In this document: piece after piece, positions 46,601 to 57,600 of the stretch
Position numbering within the stretch: the stretch's first letter is position 1
Layout of the letters: the number at the start of each line of letters is the position of its first letter
Source of the DNA: Octopus vulgaris
Taxonomy: Eukaryota
Length of the DNA stretch: 64,000 nucleotides
NCBI GenBank assembly: GCA_951406725.2
Contig: OX597824.1
Span: 95,418,001-95,482,000, forward strand
Direction of reading: 5' to 3'
The notes under the pieces: model-generated
Database searches by the model: none
Told to the model about the DNA's origin: nothing
The model's input: only the letters and a program-made list of their open reading frames with translations
Translations under genes and position numbers: made by a program

Positions 46601-49600
46601 ATTAAGTACCAGTGAAATCGGCTAGTCCCCTTCCCACCAAATCCAAGGCTTTGTGCTTCCAGTAGGAAGGATTAATTCTTAATGTTAGGAATTTGGAATG
46701 ATTTTCATGGAGTTGTACCTAAAATTTTTCTTTTTCCTCTTTTTTTACATTATAATCCTTAGTACCAGGTGTATCAGAGTTTGCTGCCAACCAAAGTGTA
46801 AGTACCTCTTGTGTTTAACCTTTGAAACTTTGTTCTCCTGTTGCCTCTTTGAGTCAGTAAATAACATAGGTTCCATATTTTAGTGTTCTGTGATTGTACT
46901 GCATGGCTGTGTGGTTAAGGAGTTTGTTTCTCAGCCATCTGGTTTCAGGTTCAGTCCTGCTGCATGGCACTTTCAGCATATGCCTTATACTATAACCCTG
47001 GGCCAACCTAAGCCCTATGAGTGGATTTGATAGAAGGAAACTAAAAGAAAGCTGAGTGGGTGCTGAAAAGTTCCTGGCTTTGAGTAAAAAAAAAAATAAA
47101 GCAGGATCAGTTAATTATGATTTTATTCATCATATTCCCCTCTTGGATACACACACTTATTGCAGTGGTCCTTCCATTTTTCTAAGCCCTGTAAAAGAAC
47201 TTGGAAAGTTGGGCCTCTAACCAGGTCTTTCTCGACACACTTAAAGCTAGGAACTTTTCAGCACCTTCTTGTGTGTGTGTGTTGAGAAAGGCCTGGTTAG
47301 AGGCCCAACTTTCCAAGTTCTTTTACAGGGCTTAGAAAAATGGAAGGACCACTGCAATAAGTGTGTGTATCTGAGAGGGGAATATGCTGAATAAAATCAT
47401 AATTAACTGATCCTCGTGTATTTTCTTTCACTCAAAGCCAAGAACATTTCAGCACCCCTTCAGGTTTCTTCCAGTTTCCTTCTATGAAATCCACTAGGCT
47501 TCAGCCGGCCCCAAGGTGCTGCACAGTGAGATTGAATCCAAGACTACATGATATATATGACGGGTACTGAAAAGCTCCTGGCTTTAAGGGTATCTCAAAA
47601 GGCCTGTTGGAGGTCCAACCGTCCAAGTTCTTTATGTGTGTTTGTGCCTCCTTGTTTTGACAAACTTCCGTGTCACACAAGTGGTGTCATTTGTTTCCAA
47701 TTTTCTGTGTAACCATGTCTGATCAGGCGTTGGGGGGAAATATTGTCTTTCTTGGAAACAGGTGAAACTTGGCAAACAGTATCAAACTGTAGATTCACTT
47801 TGTAATGGCATAATTTTGGCTTCAGTCCTACTGCAAAGATCTGGGTTGGCCAATGTTTTGTGAGTGGATTTGGTTGGTGGAAACTGTGTGGAAGCCTGAC
47901 CTATATATATATATATATATATATGCAGTCACTAATTGTAACTGATGGTGCAGGTAACACCTACATTGCTAGAAATAAGAGCTGAAAGCCTTTAGAACTG
48001 CAAAGAAGCACATGTCTATGCACTGACAGGAAAGATACCTGCCCCACAGCAAGTGAGATTACCATACTAGTCTAATCTTGCTTAAAATTAAAGCTCATCA
48101 GTGGCGACTACTCCATTGCTGGATGGTTTGGTCAAATACCAACTGTCAGTATATAAGTATTTACGATATGAATCAGTGGATGATTCAGCCAAACGCTAAT
48201 GTGAAAATTATATAATAACAAAGGCAGCTATAAGCAATATAAAACCCAAAGGAAAAATTCAGTCGTCTCTAATAGTGATTGAGGGTGCAAGGTAGGACCT
48301 TATTTCTAGCAATGTAGGTTTGGTTCCTGGACTGAGCAGTGTGTTGTGTTCTTGAGCAAAACACTTTATTTCACATTGCCCCAGTCCACTCAGCTGTCAA
48401 TGGGTACACCCTGCAATGGACCAGCATTCCAGTCAGGGAGAATGTCGGCCTGCTTTCTCTCCAGTCTATGCATGTCTTCTGCATTCAGAGCCCATTTCTC
48501 ACTACCATGGAGTATAGCCGTTTGCACACAAGCTTCATACAGTCTCCCTTTCACCCTGAGAGTGAATCTTTTTGTTGCCAACAGGGGTAATATCTATATA
48601 CACATACAGAAGATAGGCTTCTTTCAGTTTTTGTCTCCCAAATCCCCTCACAAGATTTTGGTTGTAGCAGAAGATATTTGCCCAAGACCATGTGGTTAGG
48701 GAAAGCAATCATTACCACAATGACCTGAAAACTTATTCCTTTTCTATTCTATTTACTGATGGATACATTTTATATTCCAGCCTTTCTCCGCTTCAAATTT
48801 CTCTAAAGAAATAGATGATCAAGATGACATAGAACTTCTTCAAGGTATGCATCATCTTTCTTCCTTCCTTTTTTCTTTCTTCATCGTCATTTACTTCCTA
48901 CTTTCCATACGGGCATGGGTTAGACGGTTTGATTGAAACTGGTAAACTGAAGAGCTACACCAGACTCCAGTCTGATTTCGCATGGTTTCTATGGCTCTGT
49001 GCCTTTCTTAACATCAACCACTCCAAGAGTGGAATGGATGCCTTTTACATGCCACCACCAGCATGGGTGCCAGTTACGTGCCACCAACTACAATTTCGCT
49101 TGGTTTGACAGGTCTTCACAAGCACGGTGTATCGCCAAAGGTCTCGGTCATTTAACATTGCCTTTGTGAAGGTGCATGGCTCAGCGGTTAGAGTGTTGAA
49201 CTTACGACCATGAGGTTGTGAGTTCAATTCCTGGACTGGGCTACGTGTTGTGTTCTTGAGCAAGACACTTTATTTCATGTTGCTCCAGTTCACTCAGCTG
49301 TAGAAATGAGTTGCAACGTCACTGGTGCAAAGCTGTATCGGCCCCTTTGCCTTTCCCTTGGATAACATCTTTTATTTCTTTCTTTTATTTGTTGTGAATT
49401 TAGTGATATTATCTACTGATGCATTTCATAGAGTTGACATTTGTGAAGGAGCATCCTCCCCATTTAATGCACATGTTCCATGCTGGCTTAGGTTGCACTG
49501 GATAATGATCTTATTTGGTAAATTTTATTGAAGTGCTTCTGTCTTATTTCTAAGGAAAATAACCAATTTAAAATCTTTTATTAGTAAAATTCATTTTGTT

Positions 49601-50933
49601 TTTCCCATGTTAGAGTTTGGTAGCTTGACTACACCTCAGCTGATGGAAAAAGTGAGAGGACTTCAAAATTTAGCCTTCAAACTGGGACTTGATGAAGGTA
49701 AGAGATATATTGTTTTAACCAGTTTGCAGTAAAACTATTTTGCAATATCCATTTATCTCCTTCATCCATCCATTCATCTTTTTCACCTATTCTTGGGAGG
49801 ATCATGGAGGTAGAATCCTCATGTACCTCCCCCGTAGCTTCTTATCTGTCGTTATACTTTCCAGCTGTATTCCCAAGCATGACTGAGACTGTAGGTATTA
49901 CCCAACCATCTCATTCTTGGTCTAAACGCTGGGTCTCCTGCTGGTTGACTCAGCTGAAACCGGCTCTGGCTCTGAGTAAAAATGTCTTGTTTTCATAAGT
50001 TCTGAATAAAAATCTCCCACCAAACCTTAGTCACAATTTATGTTCCTAACACTAGCTTAATGGTAACTAAGTTATTTTACTAAATTCTTTGTTATCTCTA
50101 AAGTAATTGAGAGAAACACAGAGCATCTCAAAACAAATACAGTAACAAAAGGGTTAAAGAATCTGTCTTGCAATCCTTTCTGCTGACATTCTAACCACCA
50201 CATGTCCATAGTACCAGAACTGTGACCTCTCAATGCAGAGAAGTAGAAGCTTAACTTGGAGAAACTCCCTGATCTCTGGAGCCTCACATCTTCTCAAATA
50301 ATGTTACTTCAGAGATTCTTTGGACGAACCCCATTTTGACTGTTTGTATTTTTGATTCCACTCTTTTAGTCATTATCCATCTTTCATGACCACAGCTAAG
50401 GATAGGTGTAGAAGCCAAATTGAAGATGACGAGTTTGGCTTTTTGACCAATCTCTCCTCTTCTGAAAATCGAAAGCTGCTGCTTGTGCATTACTGTTCCA
50501 GTATCTACAATTCTAGCATCTAATACAGTCTCCTGATTCCCCATCACTCATAAATATGGTCCATCCTCATCATCACTTAACTTCCATTGTCCATGCTGGC
50601 ATGGGTTTGATGGTTCGACTGGGCTGGCACACTGGAAAGCTGCACCAGGCTCTTGTCTGATTTGGCAAGGTTTTCTATGGCTGGATGCCCTTCCTAACAC
50701 CAACCACTCTGAGAAAGTAATGGGTGCTTTTATGTGCCACTGGCATGGGTGCCATTTGCGTGACACCAATATCCAAATAATGAGTTATAATTTTTCATAT
50801 TTAACTGACAAAACTGAAATTTTGTAAAGTTTATTTACTTTGGGAACTACAATTTTTCCTCTTTTTCTTTTCAGCACGAGAAATGACGCGAGGAAAATTT
50901 TTAAACATTCTTCAAAAACAGAAAAGGTTTTGA
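40468..50933 (+). CDS. LIN52: LIN52, DREAM/MuvB complex subunit; complete 6-exon gene, 351 nt = 116 aa + stop
   Basis: Spliced product MASPSAGNSDLDADCEQTLMSYEKLDRSSPDLWPEQIPGVSEFAA...FGSLTTPQLMEKVRGLQNLAFKLGLDEAREMTRGKFLNILQKQKRF closely resembles vertebrate LIN52. Confidence 0.96.
41869..42050. mobile_element. Merlin-like palindromic MITE (182 bp)
   Basis: About 41-bp near-perfect TIRs starting GGTAC; 8-bp TSD tttttcct/ttttccct. Confidence 0.75.
44695..44763 (+). CDS. LIN52: LIN52 exon 2 (LMSYEKLDRSSPDLWPEQ)
   Basis: aacag/gtaagt; LxSxExL motif and RxSP site. Confidence 0.96.
45157..45480 (+). mobile_element. tRNA-derived SINE, third family
   Basis: GGCACATGGCTCAGTGGTTAGAGC...GAGTTCAATTCC head; related copies at 49171, 39085 and 48320. 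Confidence 0.7.
46763..46797 (+). CDS. LIN52: LIN52 exon 3, 35 nt (IPGVSEFAANQS)
   Basis: cttag/gtaagt; PGVxEFAA. Confidence 0.92.
47057..47460. mobile_element. Two inverted copies of a mariner-type MITE
   Basis: GGGTGCTGAAAAGTTCCTGGCTTT TIR; another full copy at 58076-58292. Confidence 0.75.
48781..48844 (+). CDS. LIN52: LIN52 exon 4 (PFSASNFSKEIDDQDDIELLQ)
   Basis: tccag/gtatgc; DDIxxL. Confidence 0.88.
49614..49697 (+). CDS. LIN52: LIN52 exon 5 (FGSLTTPQLMEKVRGLQNLAFKLGLDE)
   Basis: gttag/gtaaga; highly conserved coiled-coil segment. Confidence 0.97.
50160..50547 (-). mobile_element. Degenerate non-LTR retrotransposon RT C-terminal fragment
   Basis: PILSCGHERW...KIQTVKMGFVQRI resembles PxLxYGxExW...EMxFLRRI. 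Confidence 0.6.
50875..50933 (+). CDS. LIN52: LIN52 exon 6 (AREMTRGKFLNILQKQKRF*)
   Basis: ttcag acceptor; EMTRGKFLNIL; TGA at 50931-50933. Confidence 0.96.
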
Positions 50934-51483
50934 TTGTCCTCAAAAAAAGAAAAAAAGAATTTAAATGTTTGCCGACAGTTTTCTTCATCATCAATTTAGG
51001 AACCATTCTTCACTCTTCTGCCAAACTGGATTGGCATGTATGGCTTGTACTGGCTGTGTTCATATTGTTATTCAATTTTGCTATCTTTGTGGAAAAATGT
51101 TTCTATTGGAATATTCCAGAACGAAATAGCAGTATTTATTTAGTCTTCCTTAGGACAACAACAATATACCCCTTCTGCAAAAACCCAGTTTCTTTTTAAC
51201 GTCATGGCTGCACTAAAACTGGATCTGAAAACCCTAAAGTTTCCCAATGGTGCAATGTTTCTCTGCTCATTTCTTTTGTCAGTTTAGGATGCTGCGAACA
51301 ATCATGGTTTCTGGTTTCTGTGAGGCTAACATCGTCACTCCAGACATTCTCCATCTTTTTATCATTGTCAAAGATTTTATTTCTTGGTTTGGATATATTT
51401 ATGTAAACTAATTTTTGATATAAAATAGACATTTAATGTCTCCATTCCAGTTATTTTTTTTCTTTGAAGCGAGGGGAAGAAAT

Positions 51484-51613
51484 TTAAATTGTATTTGGTG
51501 GGTTCATTTTAATTTTATTTATATATTTATTTTTTCTCATGCTTCTCGTTGGTATCAAGGAATCTTTTAAGTTTTCAGAATCTTTATCCGGAGACAAAGA
51601 GAACGATGTAATT
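51484..51613 (-). CDS. Probable LRRC74-like last exon (ITSFSLSPDKDSENLK...NTI*)
   Basis: tttatag acceptor in the required phase 2, open to TAA; no recognisable conservation. Confidence 0.5.
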
Positions 51614-54600
51614 CTATAAAAGTGTATTTGTATGGCCTGTTCTGCAAGAAAATTCTACACTCACTACAGAGGTCACATACTGTTGTAGAGGTCATGTAAG
51701 GAATGAACAGAAGAGGAGGGGGAGGCAGTAACAGAACCAAATGCAGCACATTTCAACAGAAATGGGATAATGAAGCGTTAAAGTATGTTGATAGAGGGCA
51801 GCAAATTTGAAGGTAAGGGAACCAATTTTATTGAATATGATTGATGTTTATAGCATTAGACACAGGATATTACTATATGACATTACAGAAAAATTTAAGG
51901 GTTGGCAACAGGAAAGACATCCGGCTGTAGAAAATCTGTCTCAGTAAACTCCGTGTGACTCTTGCAAATGTGGAAAAGTAGGTGTCACAATGTTACGTCA
52001 TTCTAAGACACTAAGCATTATCATGGATGTACAGTGTCTCATATTAAAGTAATGAGAAGTGTTAGCAAGCCAGAGGATTTCACCAATCTCTACTGTCTCC
52101 TTTGATGCCCTAAATCATTAATATTTTGACATCTTTCCCCACCCCCCCACCCCAATGCTGTCAGACTTACAATCATAAAACTGAGTTTGATTCCCACATA
52201 AAGTGGCACATTGTCTTCTTGGACAAGGTACTTCATTTCATTTGGCTGCAATCCACTTGGCTAAATTTTGAAAATGCAAGATATCAATGGCCCTTGATGG
52301 TTTCCACACTGGGTGGTGGAATTGGCTGGATCTGTTTCTCAGTTTGTGGTTACAACATTCATTTCATTATTGTTTGGGTTTTTCAATCCACTGTATAAGC
52401 TCCCTGGGCCAATATCTTCTATGACAGTTTTTAGTTGGTAGTAAATCTAATCAGTCACCTGGTCCTCCTTGCATGCTTTTAGCAGAGTCTACTCTGTTGC
52501 AAACATTCCAAGCAGGTCTCCTATCTGAAGCTATATGAATAGTGGTTTCTAACTCCTCCATTTTTGTCCTCTGCCATTCTTAGAGATCTTCTTAAAAGAC
52601 CAAGGGAGCATTGCACTTTCTCTTTTGTGTAAAGCTTAATTATAAATCTATCTAGGAAGCTTCACATTCAGAAATCTGATCTCACCACTTCTTTTCCCTC
52701 CCTCCCTTGTTTATCACAGCCTTGAGGCTGATCCTGGAAGAAAATTTATGGCAATTAACATCACAGTACAACTGGTAATTAATTATACATGGAAATATAT
52801 TTTTAAAAATCATTTCATTTGTTCAATTTTGATAACTTACCAAATTGATTTTATTTACAAAATTAGAATTGTTACCCAATTGAGGACATAGAAATGTTTT
52901 TAAATTTACAACTGCGTAGTTTAGTGTTCAGTTTCACTGTTTGACATCTTGGGCAAGTATTTCCTACTCCATCCCAGGGCCAACCAATATCTTATGCATG
53001 AATTTGGTGGACCCAAACTTCAAGAAACCACAAACATGTATTGATTTCTGTACAGCATGTAGTCAAAGGGGTCACTCATGCTTTAAACAGGCCTTGTTTC
53101 TTTCTTAGTCAACTTTTACTTTTTTCCAGGTACAATTAATTCACTGTGCACAACTTTTTTTTTTGTGTGTGTGTTTGCATTTTGTCCATCTCTTTCTGAC
53201 TGTCTGTATCATATTCCCCCTAGTTCTCTTTGTGATACTTCACCTATATGTGTATGCATGTATCTGTAAATATGTGTGATTGTTGATATTTGTTTGTTAC
53301 CATTTGAGTGAAACAGTAAGGCTTGCATTCCTTGTTAACTTCACAGACAGTTGGGAAGGACATCCAGCTGTAAAAATCCTGTCCCAAGTTTATTTCTCAC
53401 CCAAACCATGCTTGCATGGAAAAGTGAATGTTAACCAAACAATAGATTTTTAAAATATTTTTCTGTTGTTCAGTTAATTTATGGGAAAGATTAATTCACA
53501 ACTTGATGAATGAATTAAAACACAATTTAACTCGTTTTTATGATTGGAACTCCAATTTTCTGATGAAATTTCTGTGCTATCTCCATTACTCTAGTCTCCA
53601 TTTCAGCCTTTCTTTAGTCCTTGTGGGCCTCTGTTTCCAGATCCCTGTAAAACAAGAAAGTAGGTTCATATTCAAATTTCACACTTTTTTTTATTTAGAC
53701 ATTAATTCCAAGTTTCAAATAAACCAATAGAACCATTCTAATTTTTAAACTAAAAAAAAACCCAACTATAGGCATAGGAGTGGCTGTGTGGTAAGTAGCT
53801 TGCTTACGAACCACATGGCACCTTGGGCAAGTGTTTTCTACTATAGCCTCGGGCCTACCAAAGCCTTGTGAGAGTGGATTTGGTAGATGGAAACTGAAAG
53901 AAGCCCATCATATGTATGTATGTGTGTATATATGTTTGTGTGTCTGTGTTTGTCCCCCCCAACATCACTTGACAACCGATGCTGGTGTGTTTACTTCCCC
54001 ATAGCTTAGCAGTTCGGCAAAAGGAACTGATAGAATAAGTACTAGGCTTACAAAGAATAAGTCCTGGGGTCGATTTGATCGACTAAAGGTGGTGTTCCAG
54101 CATGGCCACAGTCAAATGACTGAAACAAGTAAAGAGAGTAAACTTTTATTTATTAGATTGGGTGCAGGTATGGCTGTGTACGAAGTTAAGAAAGCAGTTC
54201 TATCCCACTGCATGAATGCTGTTGGCTAATGCTTGATTCTCTAAGCACTGGTTAATACATTGTGGGTGAAATTGTTAGTCAGAGAGAGAAGAAACCTATT
54301 GTGTGTGTATATATATAGCTAAATAAACTCATCGGTTACCACTTTTCAATACTTCCCAACCGTTTTAGTAACAGATTGCCCCACCCCACCCCATTTGTAA
54401 GCAAAACAACCTTGGTATCAATACGGACAGTTTTGCCAACCCTCACCCTGTACATGACTTGCACAGCTCTCACTAACAATTCATCTATCCCTAGTTTCCT
54501 CATTGACCACCTGATAAGGGATCGGGGGACCCTGTCAAAGGCTTTCTCCATGTCAATGAAAGCCAGGTACAAGGGCTTATCTTTGGCTAGGTATATCTCC

Positions 54601-57600
54601 TGCAGCTGTCTTACCAGAAATATAGCATCAGTGGTGCTTTTCCCTGGCACGAACCCAAACTCCATCTCATCTAAACTGACTTTCTCCCTAATTAGTTGGG
54701 CTATGGACCCTCTCCATGACTTTCATTACCTGATCCACTAATTTGATACCTCTGTAATTATTCATATTTAATGCATCACCTTTACCTTTGTAGCAGTTGA
54801 CTATAGTACTATTACACTAGTCATTGGATATGACTCCTTCATGTATCACCTGGTTAACTATATAGGTGACTAGGCTATAGCCGACACCGCCAGATATTTT
54901 GAGCATCTCTGTGGTGATTCCTGATGGACCAGGGGCTTTCCCTGTCTTCATACCCTTAATTGCTTTATCTATGATGGTACTGTCAATTTGGATAGCTGCT
55001 CCCTCTGTTGGGTCGACATTCAGCAGACTCTCTTTCTCCCATTCATTCTCTTTATTGAGCAACCTTTCATAGTGGCGTCTCCAAACCTCTCCCTTTGCAG
55101 CCTCATTTAATGCAAGTGAACCATCATCCATGCAGACCCATTTCTCTCCTCTGACATCACGAACAAATAAAAGAGGTTTACTTACCCAAAATATATTTTA
55201 CCTGATCCTTTCTTTGCTATTGCTTTTAAAGTTTGCATTAAATCCTTCGTGTCTATTTCAAGAGCACATTCCTGCCACAAACATTAAAAAAGAAGGCTTT
55301 CTGTCAGGATAGGGTTTGTAAACATAGACCTAAATTTCAAACATTTAATTCGTAAAGGGAATTATTGAACTAATGATAATTCAGTTATTTTGAAATACTC
55401 CCCACAAGTGTGTGTGTGGTGGTAAGATTATGATAGGTATGATTGCCTGAGTGTTTCAAGTGTCTCACTTGCAGTATCATCTCTATATTCCAGCAGAAAA
55501 AGGAAACATGCTGTCTTTTACCCTTTAAGTTCCAACAACTGTTAAAAGAAGGCCTAGAAGGACTTAACAGACATTAGTGTCTTGGGTGTGGTACTAGCAA
55601 AATTAAAAGCTGCAGTTTTTGGGGAAATGATAATACTATAATAATACTAATAATAATCCTTTCTACTATGGGCACAAGGCCTGAATTTGGGGGAGGGGAT
55701 AGTTGATTATGTCAACCCCAATGCATAACTGGTACTTATTTTGTTGACCCCAAAAGATGAAAGGCAAAGTCGACTTCGGTAGAATTTGAACTCAGAATGT
55801 AGCAACAGGTGAAATACTGCTAAGCATTTCATCCAGCATGCTAACGATTCTGCCAGTTTGCAGTCTTAATCATCATCATCGTTTAGCATCCGCTTTCCAT
55901 GCTAGCATGGGTTAATAATAATCATCCTTTTTACTATAGGCATGAGGCTTGAAATTTGTGGGGAAGGGACAAGTCAATTATATCAACCACTTCCCTTCCC
56001 TCTGCATAACTGGTATTTATTTCATTGACCCTGAAAGGATGAAAGGCAAAGTCGACCTGGGCAGAATTTGAACTCTGAATGTGAAGATGGACGAAATGCC
56101 ACTAAGTATTATGCTAACGATTCTGCCAGCTCGTCAATAATAATAATATTTTTTTCATAAGCTAAGGGGCTTTAATTTTTCAGTTCCAAATTTTACCAGA
56201 TCAATATTGGAGCCTGGTGCAGCCATCTGGTTCGCCAGTCCTCAGTCAAAATTGTCCAACCCATGCTAGCATGGAAAGTGGACGTTAAACGATGATAATG
56301 ATATAGTGTGCCAGTCATGTATTTGAGCTGTTATAATTTGTGTGCACCTTTGTAGGAAGAGAGACGCCTTGCCCTCCACGGGTGGTCTGACTACCTTGGT
56401 CCCCACATCAGCCTCAGCTCATACATATGGCTCTTAGTAGCTGCTGAGCACAGCAGCGGTCACACCCCGGGCAACGGCAGCGTCTCGCCGGCCAAACTAT
56501 GTACAGGTACTCATCTGGTGGACTCCAGTTGGGGATGGGGAAAACCATTCCCCCTTGTGTCAAGTGGTCACCGGCCTTCTGTTAAAGAGCATATGAACTG
56601 TGACATCGCAGTCAACAGTCTTTCAGGGCGGAAGAACTGTATAAAAGTTCAGGGATCTCAACCCTGGTACAGAAAGATACTGACAACTACTGCCCTATAT
56701 AGTCGAGATTGCTTAGATTGCCAGATATCACATTGAAAGGTGCCTGAAGATGTGTCAAATAAATGCCACCGTGGAAGAGGTTTATGCTTCTTCAAGATAC
56801 CTATGATGGAAATCATTGAAGAAAATGGTAGAACTGAATTTCCCCAAAAATATACTTAAAAAAAAGCTATTCCTACCTTAACAGCTTCTATGAAGTCTTC
56901 AGGGGTGATTGTGAAATTCCCTTCTGTATCATATTTCTTGAGAGTTTCCATCAAAGCAGGATCCCTTACCACAACACTTTGTTTCAGGATCAGAAGGGAT
57001 TTCTTGTATTGGTTTCTACTGTCGACCTCAATCGCTTTCTTACCAATATCTTCTGTTGTGTTCCCAGATCTTAGGATGTGGCCGAATATTGCCTTGAAGT
57101 TTTTCTTCTGTTTGATGTCGAAAACAATGCGCAGGAACTCGTATTCGACCGAGACATCCTGCGAATGGAAACCAGCAGAAGGAAATGAGCTGGGAAAAAG
57201 GTTTCCATTTAAAACATTAACCTTTAATATATAAACAAAAATGGGCGATCTTTCGGTACAAGTACCAGAACTGCCTAGTCTGTTTGTTTACATTTGAAGA
57301 AGACCGTCACTTTCCGTAAAGTTTTTTTTTTTTTTATATGTGGGGGGTTTGGTTTAGGGGTGGGGGAAAAGGGTTTCTTTCTTTTTTTCAGAAATGTAAA
57401 TAAACCCACATGGGTTTATAATTGGCAGTTATGGTACTTGTACCGAAAGATCGCCTAAAAATAGCCTGAGAGAAATAACTCAGAGGGGCCAGTGGCATGC
57501 ATTTAGGCAACAGACAAATACAGGTATATTAAATACAATACAACATAAATTTGTGATTTATTAAAATCATTTCTGCATTTAGTGTAGTGTTTCTCAACCA

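Noticed and set aside
51202-51432. 76-aa minus-strand ORF and overlapping 119-aa plus-strand ORF (50840-51199)
   Set aside because: They lie in the presumed 3' UTRs, have no recognisable domain, and the plus ORF is out of frame with LIN52 exon 6
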